The notes: a model not told the origin generated them from the letters alone. Shown: positions 9,686 through 20,608, numbered from the stretch's first letter. The stretch: DNA of 64,000 bases from Clostridia bacterium (GCA_045531335.1 JAZSDU010000034.1:20314-84313); one strand, 5' to 3'. Made by a program: numbers and translations.

Positions 9686-11041
9686 TTAAAAATAAATTTC
9701 TAATTGTTGTTTAAATAGTTTATTGTCTTTTGTTGTATATAAATTTAAATTATTATTTTTCTTTAAAATTTGTCTTACTTCCCAAAGGCCTAATCCATGA
9801 CTTTTGCCATCATCTTTTGTTTTAGAAGTATAACCTTTTTCAAAAATCCTATCAGTATTTACATCTTTATTTGAATATGTATTTTCAATTACAAATAATT
9901 GTCTATTTGCTTTATTATCTTTTCTAATTGTAATATTAATTTCTTTTTCATCGCATTTACTACTTGCTTCAATACTGTTGTCTAAAAGTATTCCAAGAAT
10001 TCTAGTTAAATCATAAGTTTTAATATTTAAGGTTTCTAAATCTAAAAATACTTCGAAATTCATTTTAATTCCAACTTCTTCAGCTTTATGATATTTAGAG
10101 GTAAGCAAACTATATACAGCAGGATTATTAATTAATTCTGGGTTAAGTATTGCTAAATTATTAATCTTTTGGCAGTCAGTCATTAAGTCAGAATAATAAT
10201 CTTTTAATCCATCCATATTTTCAGTAGAAATATATCCACCTATTGCTTGAACAATATTATTAAAATCATGCTTAAATCCTCTAATATTATCATAAAGGAT
10301 TGTTAAAGTTTTATTATATAATTTTTCTTCTTCCAATCTTTCAGTTGTTATTTCTAATTTGTTTGTCCTAGATAAACTATATATACTTATAAAAAAGTAT
10401 ATTAATATAACGATTAGATTTATTATAATAATATTTAGTGGCAATGCATCTATATAAATTACTGCTATATACACTTGCATAGAGATAGCTATAATTCCAA
10501 CTATAAAATTTATCAATAATGGACTAACATTTTTCTTTTGTATTTTGCTAATTAAAGATATATTAATATTCTTTTTATTAATAAATATATATAATAAATA
10601 TGCTAAAAAATATACAAAACATGAATATAATATTTTAAATAGTGGTATTTTTGAAATCATTTGAGAATTTATACCACATGAAATGCATGATATCATTGCT
10701 ATTAAAACTATAACTAAAAAAGAAATATATTGAATGATGTCAGAAAGTATGGATTTTAATATACCAGTTTTAAATATAAAATAAACTGATATTGGACAAG
10801 CTATAATATTTATAAATGTGTTATAAGGAGCTGGAACAGACCATGCAGTAATTATTCCAATTACACCAAGAATTAATACATATAGAATTTTTTGTTTTGT
10901 GCTTGATTTTATTCTAAGTATAGTAGTAAATAAAAGCATTGATACATACATTTCAACAAAAACAAAAGGGCTACATATTAGAATAGCCAAAGATTCATTT
11001 TCCGTTGTTAATGCGTTCCATATTGTTTGTAAAATTTCCAT
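9686..11041 (-). CDS. agrC: AgrC-type (HPK10) sensor histidine kinase
   Basis: 451 aa with 6-7 N-terminal TM helices, an H-box (GFKHDFNN) and a GHKL ATPase C-terminus. Overlaps the stop of the upstream LytTR regulator gene. Confidence 0.85.
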   Translation of the reverse strand: MEILQTIWNALTTENESLAILICSPFVFVEMYVSMLLFTTILRIKSSTKQKILYVLILGVIGIITAWSVPAPYNTFINIIACPISVYFIFKTGILKSILSDIIQYISFLVIVLIAMISCISCGINSQMISKIPLFKILYSCFVYFLAYLLYIFINKKNINISLISKIQKKNVSPLLINFIVGIIAISMQVYIAVIYIDALPLNIIIINLIVILIYFFISIYSLSRTNKLEITTERLEEEKLYNKTLTILYDNIRGFKHDFNNIVQAIGGYISTENMDGLKDYYSDLMTDCQKINNLAILNPELINNPAVYSLLTSKYHKAEEVGIKMNFEVFLDLETLNIKTYDLTRILGILLDNSIEASSKCDEKEINITIRKDNKANRQLFVIENTYSNKDVNTDRIFEKGYTSKTKDDGKSHGLGLWEVRQILKKNNNLNLYTTKDNKLFKQQLEIYF

Positions 11042-11735
11042 TTTTTAAAACCTCCATTATTTCATTTTTATATTTAGCTCCTATTGAACAAGAAGCAGTT
11101 GGTGAAAACAATATCGTATTTTTGTTATAATCTATATCACTAATATTTTCTACATTTGCAATATAAGATTTGTGACATCTTATAAAATTTTCTGGCAGAC
11201 AACTTTTAATCTGATTAAAAGAGCTGTATGTTTCATAAGTACGCGTATTAGTACAAAATACTAACTTCATTCCATCTTTTTTAATATAATTTACTTCATC
11301 TTGATTTATTATAGTCTTATTGTTATTTAATCTAATAAACTTAGATGGAGTAGATTTTATATCATCCATTAATCTAAGTATTGTTTCTTCTAATCTTTCA
11401 TCAACAATAGGTTTGGGCAAATAATCAAAAGTTTTGTACTTGTAAGCAATGAGTGCATATTCTAAATGCCCTGTAGTAAATATTATATAAACATCCTTGT
11501 TTTTCTTCCTTACTATATTTGCAATATCACAGCCATTTAAATCAGATTTCAAGTTTATATCTAGAATTAAAACATCTACTTTGTTGTGTCCTATGTGATT
11601 TATTACGTCTGAGGCAGTAGTAGCTTTTAAGGTTATATCAGCATCAATAGCATTTTTTATAAAAATTGAATCTAACATTTTACATAGCTTATTAAGTATA
11701 GAAGGATTATCATCACAGACAACAAAATTTAACAT
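10995..11735 (-). CDS. agrA: LytTR-family response regulator (AgrA-like)
   Basis: Receiver domain (VVCDDN...DLK...) plus a C-terminal LytTR DNA-binding domain. 246 aa. Confidence 0.85.
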   Translation of the reverse strand: MLNFVVCDDNPSILNKLCKMLDSIFIKNAIDADITLKATTASDVINHIGHNKVDVLILDINLKSDLNGCDIANIVRKKNKDVYIIFTTGHLEYALIAYKYKTFDYLPKPIVDERLEETILRLMDDIKSTPSKFIRLNNNKTIINQDEVNYIKKDGMKLVFCTNTRTYETYSSFNQIKSCLPENFIRCHKSYIANVENISDIDYNKNTILFSPTASCSIGAKYKNEIMEVLKNGNFTNNMERINNGK

Positions 11736-11936
11736 ATATGCCTCCTACCCGTAATATAATTTATAGAGAAAAAGAATGAAATAAATCATTCTCACAAATT
11801 AAAAAAATTCCTTAATTTTCCAAAAATATATTTTAAATATAATGCAAAAAGAAAATAATGTCAATATAAAAAGAATAAAAAGATAAATTTGAAAATTATA
11901 CATTTTTTTAACATATTTATAAGTAAATAGGAGGAG

Positions 11937-12758
11937 ATGTTAATGAAGGAAAAAAAGTTGATATATATACTGTTTGGAGTGATTATATGTGTATTCACAT
12001 TTAGTATTATGACCTTGAATACTAACCTCAATGAGGCAAGTATAGAAACTAGTTCTACATCAGTTTTATCTAATAAAAAAATAGGGTGGGGAATTAAAAG
12101 AGCACAAAATCACGAGCAACCAGATTTAGGAAGTAGTAACTTAAAATTGCTACAAGAATTTGATGGAATTGCAATGGGAAATAATGAAGATAAATATGTC
12201 TATCTAACTTTTGATAATGGATATGAAGCGGGGTATACATCTAAATTGTTAGATACATTAAAAGAGAATAATGTAAAGGCAGCTTTTTTTATAACAGCAC
12301 ATTATTTTAATACCGAGCCAGAATTAGTTCAAAGAATGGTTGACGAAGGGCATATTGTAGGAAATCATACAGTTAATCATAAAAGTATGCCAGACTTAGA
12401 TGATGAAAAAATAAAAGAGGAAATAATGGATTTACATACAGCTATATATGAAAAGTTTGGATATGAAATGAAATATATAAGACCACCTATGGGTGAATTT
12501 AGTGAGAGAACATTAAGTTTAATAAAAGGTCTTGGGTATAAGGCAACAATGTGGAGTTTAGCATACGATGATTGGGATGAAAATAAACAAGGAAGAGAAG
12601 AATATGGGAAGAACAAAGTGATATCAAATATTCATAATGGTGCAATAATATTATTACATGCAAATTCAGAGGATAATTGTAATATTTTAGATGTTTGCAT
12701 AAAAGAAATAAAACAGATGGGGTATGAATTTAAAACATTAGACGAATTTAGAGAATAG
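11937..12758 (+). CDS. Polysaccharide deacetylase (NodB domain, PdaA/PdaB-like)
   Basis: Signal/TM N-terminus. NodB motifs present (TFDNGYEAG, HTVNHKS). Confidence 0.8.
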   Translation: MLMKEKKLIYILFGVIICVFTFSIMTLNTNLNEASIETSSTSVLSNKKIGWGIKRAQNHEQPDLGSSNLKLLQEFDGIAMGNNEDKYVYLTFDNGYEAGYTSKLLDTLKENNVKAAFFITAHYFNTEPELVQRMVDEGHIVGNHTVNHKSMPDLDDEKIKEEIMDLHTAIYEKFGYEMKYIRPPMGEFSERTLSLIKGLGYKATMWSLAYDDWDENKQGREEYGKNKVISNIHNGAIILLHANSEDNCNILDVCIKEIKQMGYEFKTLDEFRE

Positions 12759-12804
12759 AATAAATTTGAATCTACAAATAACAGTTTATATAAGTGAGGT
12801 AGAA

Positions 12805-13098
12805 ATGAAAAGAAACAATAGGTTTTCAAGTAAAATAGATAAGATTCTAGAAGTTCCAAGAGAATTAACAGACAATAGTCCTAAAATAACTATAATTGGA
12901 TTTGACGAAATGTTAATAGAAAACTACAAAGGAATTTTAGAGTACGAAGATTTTTTTATAAAAATTAATACAGGTTTAGGAAATATAAATATAAATGGAT
13001 TTAACTTAGGATTAGAACAAGTTACAGAAGATGATATATCTGTTAAAGGGAAAATTGAAAGTATTGATATTGAAAGAGTAATTGATGATGATAAATAA
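12805..13098 (+). CDS. yqfC: Sporulation protein YqfC (YabP family)
   Basis: YabP-like ~97-aa protein directly upstream of yqfD. RBS GTGAGG. Confidence 0.7.
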   Translation: MKRNNRFSSKIDKILEVPRELTDNSPKITIIGFDEMLIENYKGILEYEDFFIKINTGLGNININGFNLGLEQVTEDDISVKGKIESIDIERVIDDDK

Positions 13099-13109
13099 AA
13101 GTCAATGAA

Positions 13110-14310
13110 ATGGAGGTGACAAACTTGTTCTTAAAGATATTATTAAACTATATAACTGGATATGTTAATATTAAAGTAGAAAGTTATTTTATAGAGAGAT
13201 TTATAAATATTTGTGTAAGCAAAAAGATACTTTTATGGAATATGAAAAGAGAAAAATCTAGTTTATTATATGCTAATATTAGTATTAGAGATTATAAAAG
13301 GATAAGGCAAATAGCTAAAAAAACAAAATCAATAATAAGCATAAAAAATAAGAAAGGATTACCTTTTGTATTGCATAAATACAGAAAAAGAAAATTATTT
13401 TTAGGTTTTTTAATAATTGTTTGTTTAGGATTATTTATAACTTCAAACTTTATATGGAATATAGAAATTAAAGGAAACATCAATATTAATACAAAAGAAA
13501 TAATAGAAGAATTAAGTAAAGAGGGGCTAAAAGTAGGAACAAGTAAAAATAAGGTAGATGCAAACCATATTATTAATAAAATAAGATTAAACAGAAATGA
13601 TATTGCATGGATAGGAATAAGTATGAAAGGAACAAATGCAATTGTAGAGATAAAAGAGACGGATAAAGCTCCTCAAATTATAGATGAAAATGAATATTGC
13701 AATATAGTATCTAATAAAACAGCAATGATAACAAAAATAAATGTACAAAATGGTACTGCCGTAGTAAGTGTTGGAGATATAGTAAAAGAAGGGGATTTAT
13801 TAGTTGCAGGATATTTAGAGGGCAAATATACGGGAATTAGATATGTACATTCTAAAGCTGATATAGAAGCTAAAGTGTGGTATTCAAAAAAAGAAAAATT
13901 TTATTTAAATCAAGAAATCCAAGTGCCCACAGGTGCTACGGAAGAAAAGTATACATTAAATATAAATAAATTTAAAATAAATTTTTATAAAACCCTTTCA
14001 AAATTTGAAAATTATGATACAATAAATGAAAATAAAAAATTAATGTTATTTTCAAATTTTTATTTACCAATTGAACTTGTAAAAACAACCAATTACGAAT
14101 ACGAAAAACAGATGAAAACGTATACGGAAGAAGAACTCACTCGGAATTGCAACTAAAAAGTTGCAAGAAGAATTAGAAGAACAAATAGAAAATAAAGAGA
14201 ACATAGTAAACAAACAAGTAAATGTATACGGAAATGAAGGTTATATAGAAGTAGAAGTCATATATGAAGTGCTTGAAAAAATAGGTAATAAAGAAAAAAT
14301 AATATTTTAA
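13110..14310 (+). CDS. yqfD: Stage IV sporulation protein YqfD. The frame is broken at the in-frame CGG at 14142-14144 and the C-terminal ~55 aa continue in the +1 frame.
   Basis: YqfD family N-terminus and a central TM segment. Skipping C14142 (ACT CGG A -> ACT GGA) gives ...EEELT | GIATKKLQEELEEQIENKENIV...EVLEKIGNKEKIIF*. Confidence 0.75.
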
Positions 14311-14328
14311 AAAGCAAAGGGTGATATT

Positions 14329-15540
14329 ATGGAACAAAAGAGCCTAAGGGTTTTAGATACGAACAAAACTTTTTTTACAAAAATAACTAGCACTATTACA
14401 AAAATGCTTATACCAACAAAAGTAGGTATAAACAGTATAATGATTTCAATGAAAAGAAATAATTTATTAAAAGCTTATTCAAACTATATTTTGGCTTTAG
14501 AACAAGATGATATTGAGAGAAAAGAAGCTTTATTAAAAAAATATGAAGATTTATATAGCTTGTATCTTGAAGCAATAGATAAATACATAATGGATTCTGT
14601 TTACAAAAAAGTAAAGAATGGAACAGCATCTAATTTTGAAAAAGATGCCCTAAGTAAATATTACCTAATTGTTAGTTTAAAGGAAAAACAATATTTAGAA
14701 TATAAATATAAAAAACAAGAATATTTGTTGAAAGTAGATTATGAGTCTGTTATTAACTTAAAGAAAGAAGCTATAATAGAAAAATATAATAGATTTTATG
14801 TATCAAAAATGGATTCATTCTATAAGGGATTATTAAAAAATTATTCTGTACAATTGGCAGATACAGTTACAAGTAAAGTAGAATCGATAGAAAATATATA
14901 CAGTAAAATTTTTACTGGTCTAGAGAGCTATATTTCTGATATTTTACCTATTAAATTAAGATTAGATGAAAAAAATGAATATAAAAACATAGTTGAAGAC
15001 TATGAGAAATACGAAATTATGCAAGTTGGTAAATTAGATGAAAAAGATAAAATAAAGAAAAAAATGGTGTTATTAGGAATCAGTAGAAGTCTTTTTACAC
15101 ACAGCTTGCCACTAATTGCAGCAGAGCAATGTTATATTAAACTTATAAAGGATTCTAGAAAATTAATTGTGAAATCTGAGAATAAAACAAAAAGGGATAA
15201 GGCTTTTGAATTGCTTACAGAATTAATAGAAGAATATAATATAAAATTATTATCAACTAAAGTATATTGGGACAGGCCACAGGAAAGAGAAGAATATAAG
15301 AAATTCTGGAGCAAGTACAATGATATTGTTAAAGCAGATAACGAACAAGATAAATTAAAACAAAAGCAAATATTATTCTTAAGAAATGATTTGAAAAAAC
15401 TAAGCAAAAGCAAAAAGAATTATAATGAAATTATAAATATAATAAAAGAAAAACTAGTAGAACTAGGCGCTATGAGAAAAATAAAAAATAGCTATAAAAC
15501 AATAGAAAATAATTATAAAAAAACAAAAAAAGCTGTTTGA
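14329..15540 (+). CDS. Hypothetical Lys/Glu-rich protein
   Basis: 403-aa ORF with an RBS and no recognisable family. Sits between yqfD and ybeY, where Bacillus has phoH/yqfF. Confidence 0.45.
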   Translation: MEQKSLRVLDTNKTFFTKITSTITKMLIPTKVGINSIMISMKRNNLLKAYSNYILALEQDDIERKEALLKKYEDLYSLYLEAIDKYIMDSVYKKVKNGTASNFEKDALSKYYLIVSLKEKQYLEYKYKKQEYLLKVDYESVINLKKEAIIEKYNRFYVSKMDSFYKGLLKNYSVQLADTVTSKVESIENIYSKIFTGLESYISDILPIKLRLDEKNEYKNIVEDYEKYEIMQVGKLDEKDKIKKKMVLLGISRSLFTHSLPLIAAEQCYIKLIKDSRKLIVKSENKTKRDKAFELLTELIEEYNIKLLSTKVYWDRPQEREEYKKFWSKYNDIVKADNEQDKLKQKQILFLRNDLKKLSKSKKNYNEIINIIKEKLVELGAMRKIKNSYKTIENNYKKTKKAV

Positions 15541-15603
15541 TAGGTAGTAAGGGCAAAGATGTAGGGGCGAGCATCGCTCGTCCGCAAAAAGAGGTAAAGT
15601 ATA

Positions 15604-16068
15604 ATGAATATAGCGGAAATAAATTTTTTAGATATAGAAGAAAATAAAGAATATATTAAAATATTAAACAAAGTACTAACAAAATGCTTTCAAATTGAAA
15701 ATTTAAATGATAAGAATTTATATATAAACATAGTGCTTACAAATCCTGAAAATATAAGGAAAATGAATAAAGAATACAGAAATATAGATAAAGAAACTGA
15801 TGTGCTTTCATTTCCGATGTTTGAAAAAGAAGAATTAGAAAAAAGAGAAAACTTAATTAAAGATGTTTTAGGTGATGTTGTTATATCTATAAAAAAAGTT
15901 AAAGAGCAAGCTGCAGAGTACGGACATAGTTTTGAAAGGGAATTAGCATATATGGCAGTTCATGGGTTTTATCATTTAATGGGATTTGATCATATTAGCG
16001 AAGATGATAAAATTTTAATGAGACAAAAAGAAGAGAATGTATTAGAAAAATTGAAAATATTGAAATAG
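15604..16068 (+). CDS. ybeY: rRNA maturation endoribonuclease YbeY
   Basis: 154 aa with the HGFYHLMGFDH zinc-binding motif. Confidence 0.9.
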   Translation: MNIAEINFLDIEENKEYIKILNKVLTKCFQIENLNDKNLYINIVLTNPENIRKMNKEYRNIDKETDVLSFPMFEKEELEKRENLIKDVLGDVVISIKKVKEQAAEYGHSFERELAYMAVHGFYHLMGFDHISEDDKILMRQKEENVLEKLKILK

Positions 16069-16085
16069 GAAGGGGAATAAAATAC

Positions 16086-17195
16086 ATGGGAAGAAGAAGT
16101 AATCAAACTAGAAATTCAAACGTAGCAAAAAAGAATGGACTAAAATTATTAATAATAATTTTAGCGATTGTAATGGTAATAGCAGGAATATTATTAGCAT
16201 TAAAATTGTTAAATAAAGGACAAGCTGAAACAACAGGACAAATAGCTGAAGAAAATAAAGAAGTACCTCAAGTACAAATAGTGGATGTAAATTCAAAAAC
16301 AAGACCTTATGCTGTAATGATAAACAATAATCATTCTGCTTGGCCACAATGTGGTTTGCAAGATGCATATTTAGTTTATGAAATAGTAGCTGAAGGTGGA
16401 ATAACAAGAATGATGGCATTATACAAAGATGCATATCCAACAAAAGTAGGATCAGTAAGAAGTGCAAGACATTATTTTATAGATTATGCAGAAGAAAATG
16501 ATGCAATATTCGTACATTGGGGAGGAAGCCCACAAGCATATTCTAGAATATCAAAGGGAATTAATGATATAGATGGAATTGCATTAGAAGGAACAGTTTT
16601 TTTCAGAGATAGAAGTTTAAACAGAGCTTATGAACATACAGGATTTGTAGATTTAGAAAAAGCAAAAACTTATGCAGAACAAAAAGGATTTACTAGAGAT
16701 ACAAATAAAGATTTATTATTAAATTATAGCGCAGAAGAAATTGATTTAAGTACTAATGTACAAGCAAGTAGTGCAAATGAAGTTGAATTAGAGTATTCAT
16801 ATTATCACACAACAAGTTATGAATATGATTCAGAAAACAAAGTATATAAAAGAAGTATGAGTGGAAAAGCTAATGTAGATTTAGAAACAGGCGAACAATA
16901 TACAGCTAAAAATATAATTGTATATAAAGTAGATAATTATACAATAAATGATGGAGAAAATAAAGGAAGACAAGAGTTAGAAAACATAGGAAGCGGAAGA
17001 GGATATTATATTTCTAATGGATATTCAGTTCCAATAACTTGGGAGAAAACTTCACATAGCGGACAAACTGTATATAAATATGAAAATGGCGAAGAAATAA
17101 CATTAAATGATGGTAATACATTTATACAAATCCTACCATTAGATGCAGAAATAACTATAGAGCCAGTAGAAGTAGTTGAAACAGTAGAACAATAA
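16086..17195 (+). CDS. DUF3048-family (YerB-like) membrane-anchored protein
   Basis: N-terminal TM segment and a DUF3048-like core (PYAVMINN...GGITRMMALY). Confidence 0.7.
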   Translation: MGRRSNQTRNSNVAKKNGLKLLIIILAIVMVIAGILLALKLLNKGQAETTGQIAEENKEVPQVQIVDVNSKTRPYAVMINNNHSAWPQCGLQDAYLVYEIVAEGGITRMMALYKDAYPTKVGSVRSARHYFIDYAEENDAIFVHWGGSPQAYSRISKGINDIDGIALEGTVFFRDRSLNRAYEHTGFVDLEKAKTYAEQKGFTRDTNKDLLLNYSAEEIDLSTNVQASSANEVELEYSYYHTTSYEYDSENKVYKRSMSGKANVDLETGEQYTAKNIIVYKVDNYTINDGENKGRQELENIGSGRGYYISNGYSVPITWEKTSHSGQTVYKYENGEEITLNDGNTFIQILPLDAEITIEPVEVVETVEQ

Positions 17196-17283
17196 AAAAT
17201 TAGGGGCAACCCTAATTTTTTTATTGAGAAGATTTTATTAAATGAGAAAATTATTGTTTGTGTTAATGATTAAATTTATTATT

Positions 17284-17362
17284 TGTAGGGGTCGGGTTCC
17301 ACCCCGACCCGCAAAAATACATGTCATTTCACGGGCGAGGGTGGAACCTCGCCCCTACAGAT
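17284..17362. repeat. REP doublet (BIME-like): GTAGGGGTCGGG-ttccacc-CCGACCCGCAAAAA ... GGGCGAGG-gtggaa-CCTCGCCCCTAC
   Basis: Two inverted GTAG-led hairpin units. Nearly identical copies occur at 38112, 40118, 48289 and 56599. Confidence 0.8.
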
Positions 17363-17486
17363 TTAAAATAAAATTATTCGTACAAACGACAATTCATCTA
17401 AATATGCAAATGTTTTTTATCAACTAATCTTTTTTTATTGAAATAAATATGATAGAATTAGGGAAAAATAATAAAGTGAGGTAAAA

Positions 17487-18389
17487 ATGGATAATTTTAA
17501 ATCGGGTTTTGTATCAATAATAGGAAGAACAAATGTAGGCAAATCGACATTAACAAATAGTTTAGTAGGGGAAAAGGTTGCAATAACTGCAGATAAACGC
17601 CAGACTACTAGAACAGCAATAAGAGCAATTGTAAATAGAGAGAATTCTCAAATTATTTTTATTGATACACCAGGAATTCATAAACCAAAAACAAAACTTG
17701 GGCAAACTATGAATGAAACTGCATGGGGAACTATTCCAGATGTAGATGTCTTGCTTTTTCTGGTAGAAGCTACATCAGATAAAATTGGAAAAGGCGATAC
17801 AATGGTATTGGAAAAAATAAGAGAAAAAAATAAAAAGACAATTTTAGTAATAAATAAAATTGATTTAATAGAAAAGGAAAAATTATTAAAACTAATTGAT
17901 ATGTACAGCAAAGAATATAATTTTGAAGCAATTATTCCAATTTCAGCATTAAAAAATGAAAATACAGAAAAGATATTGGATGAAATAGAAAAGCACATTC
18001 CAGAAGGACCTGCATATTATGATATAGAGGAATATACTGACCAAACAGCAAGACAATTAACAGAAGAAGCAATTAGAGAAAAAGCTTTAAAATTGTTAGA
18101 TGAAGAAGTACCACATGGAATATTAGTTGAAGTAGAAAAAATGAATTTAAGAAAAACTACAAAAGGCGAAGATATTTATGATGTGGAAGCGGTAATATAT
18201 GTACTTAAAAATTCTCACAAGGGAATTGTAATTGGTAAAAATGGAGCAATGCTAAAAAGGATTGGAATGTATGCAAGACAAGATATGGAAAGGACTTTAG
18301 GAACAAAAATAAATTTAAAAGTATGGGTTAAAGTAAAAGAAGATTGGCAAGATAATAACAATATAATAAAAAGATTCAAGGCAGAATAA
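17487..18389 (+). CDS. era: GTPase Era
   Basis: G1 motif GRTNVGKST and a C-terminal KH domain. 300 aa. Confidence 0.95.
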   Translation: MDNFKSGFVSIIGRTNVGKSTLTNSLVGEKVAITADKRQTTRTAIRAIVNRENSQIIFIDTPGIHKPKTKLGQTMNETAWGTIPDVDVLLFLVEATSDKIGKGDTMVLEKIREKNKKTILVINKIDLIEKEKLLKLIDMYSKEYNFEAIIPISALKNENTEKILDEIEKHIPEGPAYYDIEEYTDQTARQLTEEAIREKALKLLDEEVPHGILVEVEKMNLRKTTKGEDIYDVEAVIYVLKNSHKGIVIGKNGAMLKRIGMYARQDMERTLGTKINLKVWVKVKEDWQDNNNIIKRFKAE

Positions 18390-18498
18390 AAAATAAAATT
18401 TATTTACGAATAAAATTAAATATTTTACAAAAGATAAAATTAAAGGTGTAGATAATGATTTGGAAATTGTTTAATACAAAATGAGGAGATGAGAGCAT

Positions 18499-18666
18499 AT
18501 GATAAAACAAATGGCATGGAATACCTTTAAGAATACAGGAAATATAGATACATTTCTAGAATTAAAACAAGTAATGGATGTAGAAGAAAATATAAAGGCG
18601 GAAAATTATGAAACTATTAAAAGTAAAAGGAATAATAATTGCGGAGAAAACAGTATCAGATTTTGA
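18499..18666 (+). CDS. yqzL: YqzL-family small protein
   Basis: MIKQMAWNTFKNTGNIDTFLELKQ... resembles YqzL. It sits in the conserved era-yqzL-recO position and its tail overlaps the recO start. Confidence 0.45.
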   Translation: MIKQMAWNTFKNTGNIDTFLELKQVMDVEENIKAENYETIKSKRNNNCGENSIRF

Positions 18667-19325
18667 TAAAATAGTTACAATATTAACACCAAATTTGCGG
18701 AAAAATTGAGGCAGCAGCCAAAGGATCAAGAAGACCTAAGAGTCTTCTTATGGCTGCTACTCAATTTTTGTGCTTTGGAGAATATTTACTATATAAAAGC
18801 GGTAATACATATTCTATAAATTCTTGTGAAACAATAGAAGTCTTTTACAATATAAGAACAGATTTAGATAAATTAAACTATGCATCATATATAACCAAAG
18901 TAATAAATGATATAACAACGGAGAATCAAAATACTTATAAAGTTTTGCAATTATTTCTAAATACTCTATATATGATATCGGAAACAGATAAAGATTTAAG
19001 TTTAATAAAATCAGTATTTGTATTGAGACTATTATCTATAATAGGATTTAGACCTAATATTGATGAATGTACAAACTGTAAAGATAAAGAAAATCTAACG
19101 CATTTTAGTTTTAAAGATAGTGGATTTAAATGTTTAGAATGTTCTAAACAAGATAAAGGTGCAATTGAAATTTCGAGCACCACAAAAGACGCTATAAAAT
19201 ATATAGTTCTTGCTAATTCTAAAAAAATATTTTCGTTTGATGTTCCACAAGATTCTATAAAAGAACTAGAAATAATTTCAAAAATATATTTACAAGAGAA
19301 ATTAGAAAAAGAATATAAAATGTGA
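18608..19325 (+). CDS. recO: DNA repair protein RecO. The frame is broken at the in-frame CGG at 18698-18700 and continues in the +1 frame.
   Basis: MKLLKVKGIIIAEKTVSDFDKIVTILTPNL | GKIEAAAKGSRRPKS...YGEF... is contiguous only if C18698 is skipped (TTG CGG A -> TTG GGA). C4 zinc finger CTNC...CLEC present. Confidence 0.85.
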
Positions 19326-19352
19326 TTTGTGTAAACAATTGCTTTGATAATA

Positions 19353-19427
19353 TGTAGGGGCTGGCGTCCTCGACAGCCCGTAAAACAAAATATTTTTTGC
19401 GGGTCGCCGGGGACGTCGACCCCTACA
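19353..19427. repeat. REP doublet (GTAGGGGCTGGCGtcctcgaCAGCCCG ... CGGGTCGCCGgggaCGTCGACCCCTAC)
   Basis: GTAG-led inverted hairpin pair. It is itself nested between the 15-bp inverted repeat TGTGTAAACAATTGC (19328) / GCAATTGTTTACACA (19446). Confidence 0.75.
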
Positions 19428-19560
19428 ACGTATGAAATATGTTTTGCCAATTGTTTACACATACAAACAATTTATTAATTAGCCAGGAAAATTTTTCTTG
19501 CTTAAATCATAATATTAAGATATAATTAATATATAACATAAGAAGAGGAGTTGATTAATA

Positions 19561-20084
19561 TGATGAATATAACAATAACAGGAAATGCAACAGATGCAAT
19601 AAAAGACTATGTTGAAAAGAAAATGGAAAGGATAGAAAGATATTTTGATGAAGATGTTGATGTATCAGTTACACTAAAATCTGAAAAAACAGAGCAAATT
19701 GCAGAAATGAGCGCAAGAGTAAAACAAGATACATATAGAGCAGTAACATCTCATAAGGATTTATATGCATCAATAGATAAAAACATAGATATATTAGAAG
19801 GACAAATAAGAAAATGGAAAACAAGAAAAGATAAATCCAATAAAGATGATTCAATAAAAACAATGGCTGGAAGTTTTGAAGAAGAAGTAAAAATAGAAAA
19901 TGAAATAATTAAAACAATTTACTATGATATAAAACCAATGACTCCAGAAGATGCAAAATTAAAATTACAAGAAAAACCACAAGATAGATTTATAACATTT
20001 ATAAATCAAGAGACAAACAAAGTAAATGTATTGTTTAAATTAAAAGACAGTAAAAATTATGGTTTATTAGAACCAGAAGCATAA
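19561..20084 (+). CDS. hpf: Ribosome hibernation promoting factor (long HPF)
   Basis: MNITITGN...YRAVTSHKDLYASID N-terminal RaiA domain plus a C-terminal dimerisation domain. Terminator at 20101-20127. Confidence 0.9.
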
Positions 20085-20186
20085 CAATTTTTGATAAAGA
20101 AAAGGCAGGAGCACATCTCCTGCCTTTATGTATTCATAAAAACAAGAAAAATACTTCTGCCATAAATATAACATTAGTTAATAAAC

Positions 20187-20387
20187 TTATTTCATATTGT
20201 TTTCAGCTTGTTGAATCATTTTTCTAACCATGTTACCACCTATTCTACCAGCGTCTTTAGATGATAAATCACCATTGTAACCGTTTTTTAAATTAACTCC
20301 AACTTCTGAAGCTACTTCATATTTGAATTTATTTAAAGCTTCTTTAGCTTCTGGAACTAATGTTCTGTTTGAATTTGAGTTTGCCAT
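20187..20387 (-). CDS. Alpha/beta-type small acid-soluble spore protein
   Basis: MANSNSNRTLVPEAKEALNKFKYEVASEVGVNL...GGNMVRKMI is a textbook SASP. RBS AGGAGGTG. Confidence 0.85.
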   Translation of the reverse strand: MANSNSNRTLVPEAKEALNKFKYEVASEVGVNLKNGYNGDLSSKDAGRIGGNMVRKMIQQAENNMK

Positions 20388-20534
20388 TTGTTTCACCTCC
20401 TAGGATATGAATTAAACATTAAAAAAGCTTGTTTGCTTTTCAATAGTTATGATGTGCAATAAAAATTTTTTTAAACTAGAAATTTTTGTTAAAAAAATTG
20501 AATTGTGATTTATTTAAATGTGTTATTGCAAATA

Positions 20535-20608
20535 TTGTAGGGGTCGCACTCCTGGGCGACCCGAAAAATATAATGATAGCGGGACGCCGAAGACTGCGTC
20601 CCCTACAA
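20535..20608. repeat. REP doublet (GTAGGGGTCGCActcctggGCGACCCG ... CGGGACGCcgaagactGCGTCCCCTAC)
   Basis: Two inverted GTAG-led hairpins in the SASP/cof intergenic region. Confidence 0.75.

Noticed and set aside
17242-17427. 61-aa ORF spanning the REP doublet (MRKLLFVLMIKFIICRGRVPPRPAKIH...)
   Set aside because: It is a translation of the GC-rich palindromic repeat (the Pro/Arg run comes from CCCCGACCC). The same pseudo-ORF appears wherever the repeat occurs.
20397-20470. Sigma-G promoter call upstream of the SASP gene
   Set aside because: A forespore-specific promoter is expected here, but I could not place a convincing GnATR-18-CATnnTA match by eye, so no promoter feature is reported.
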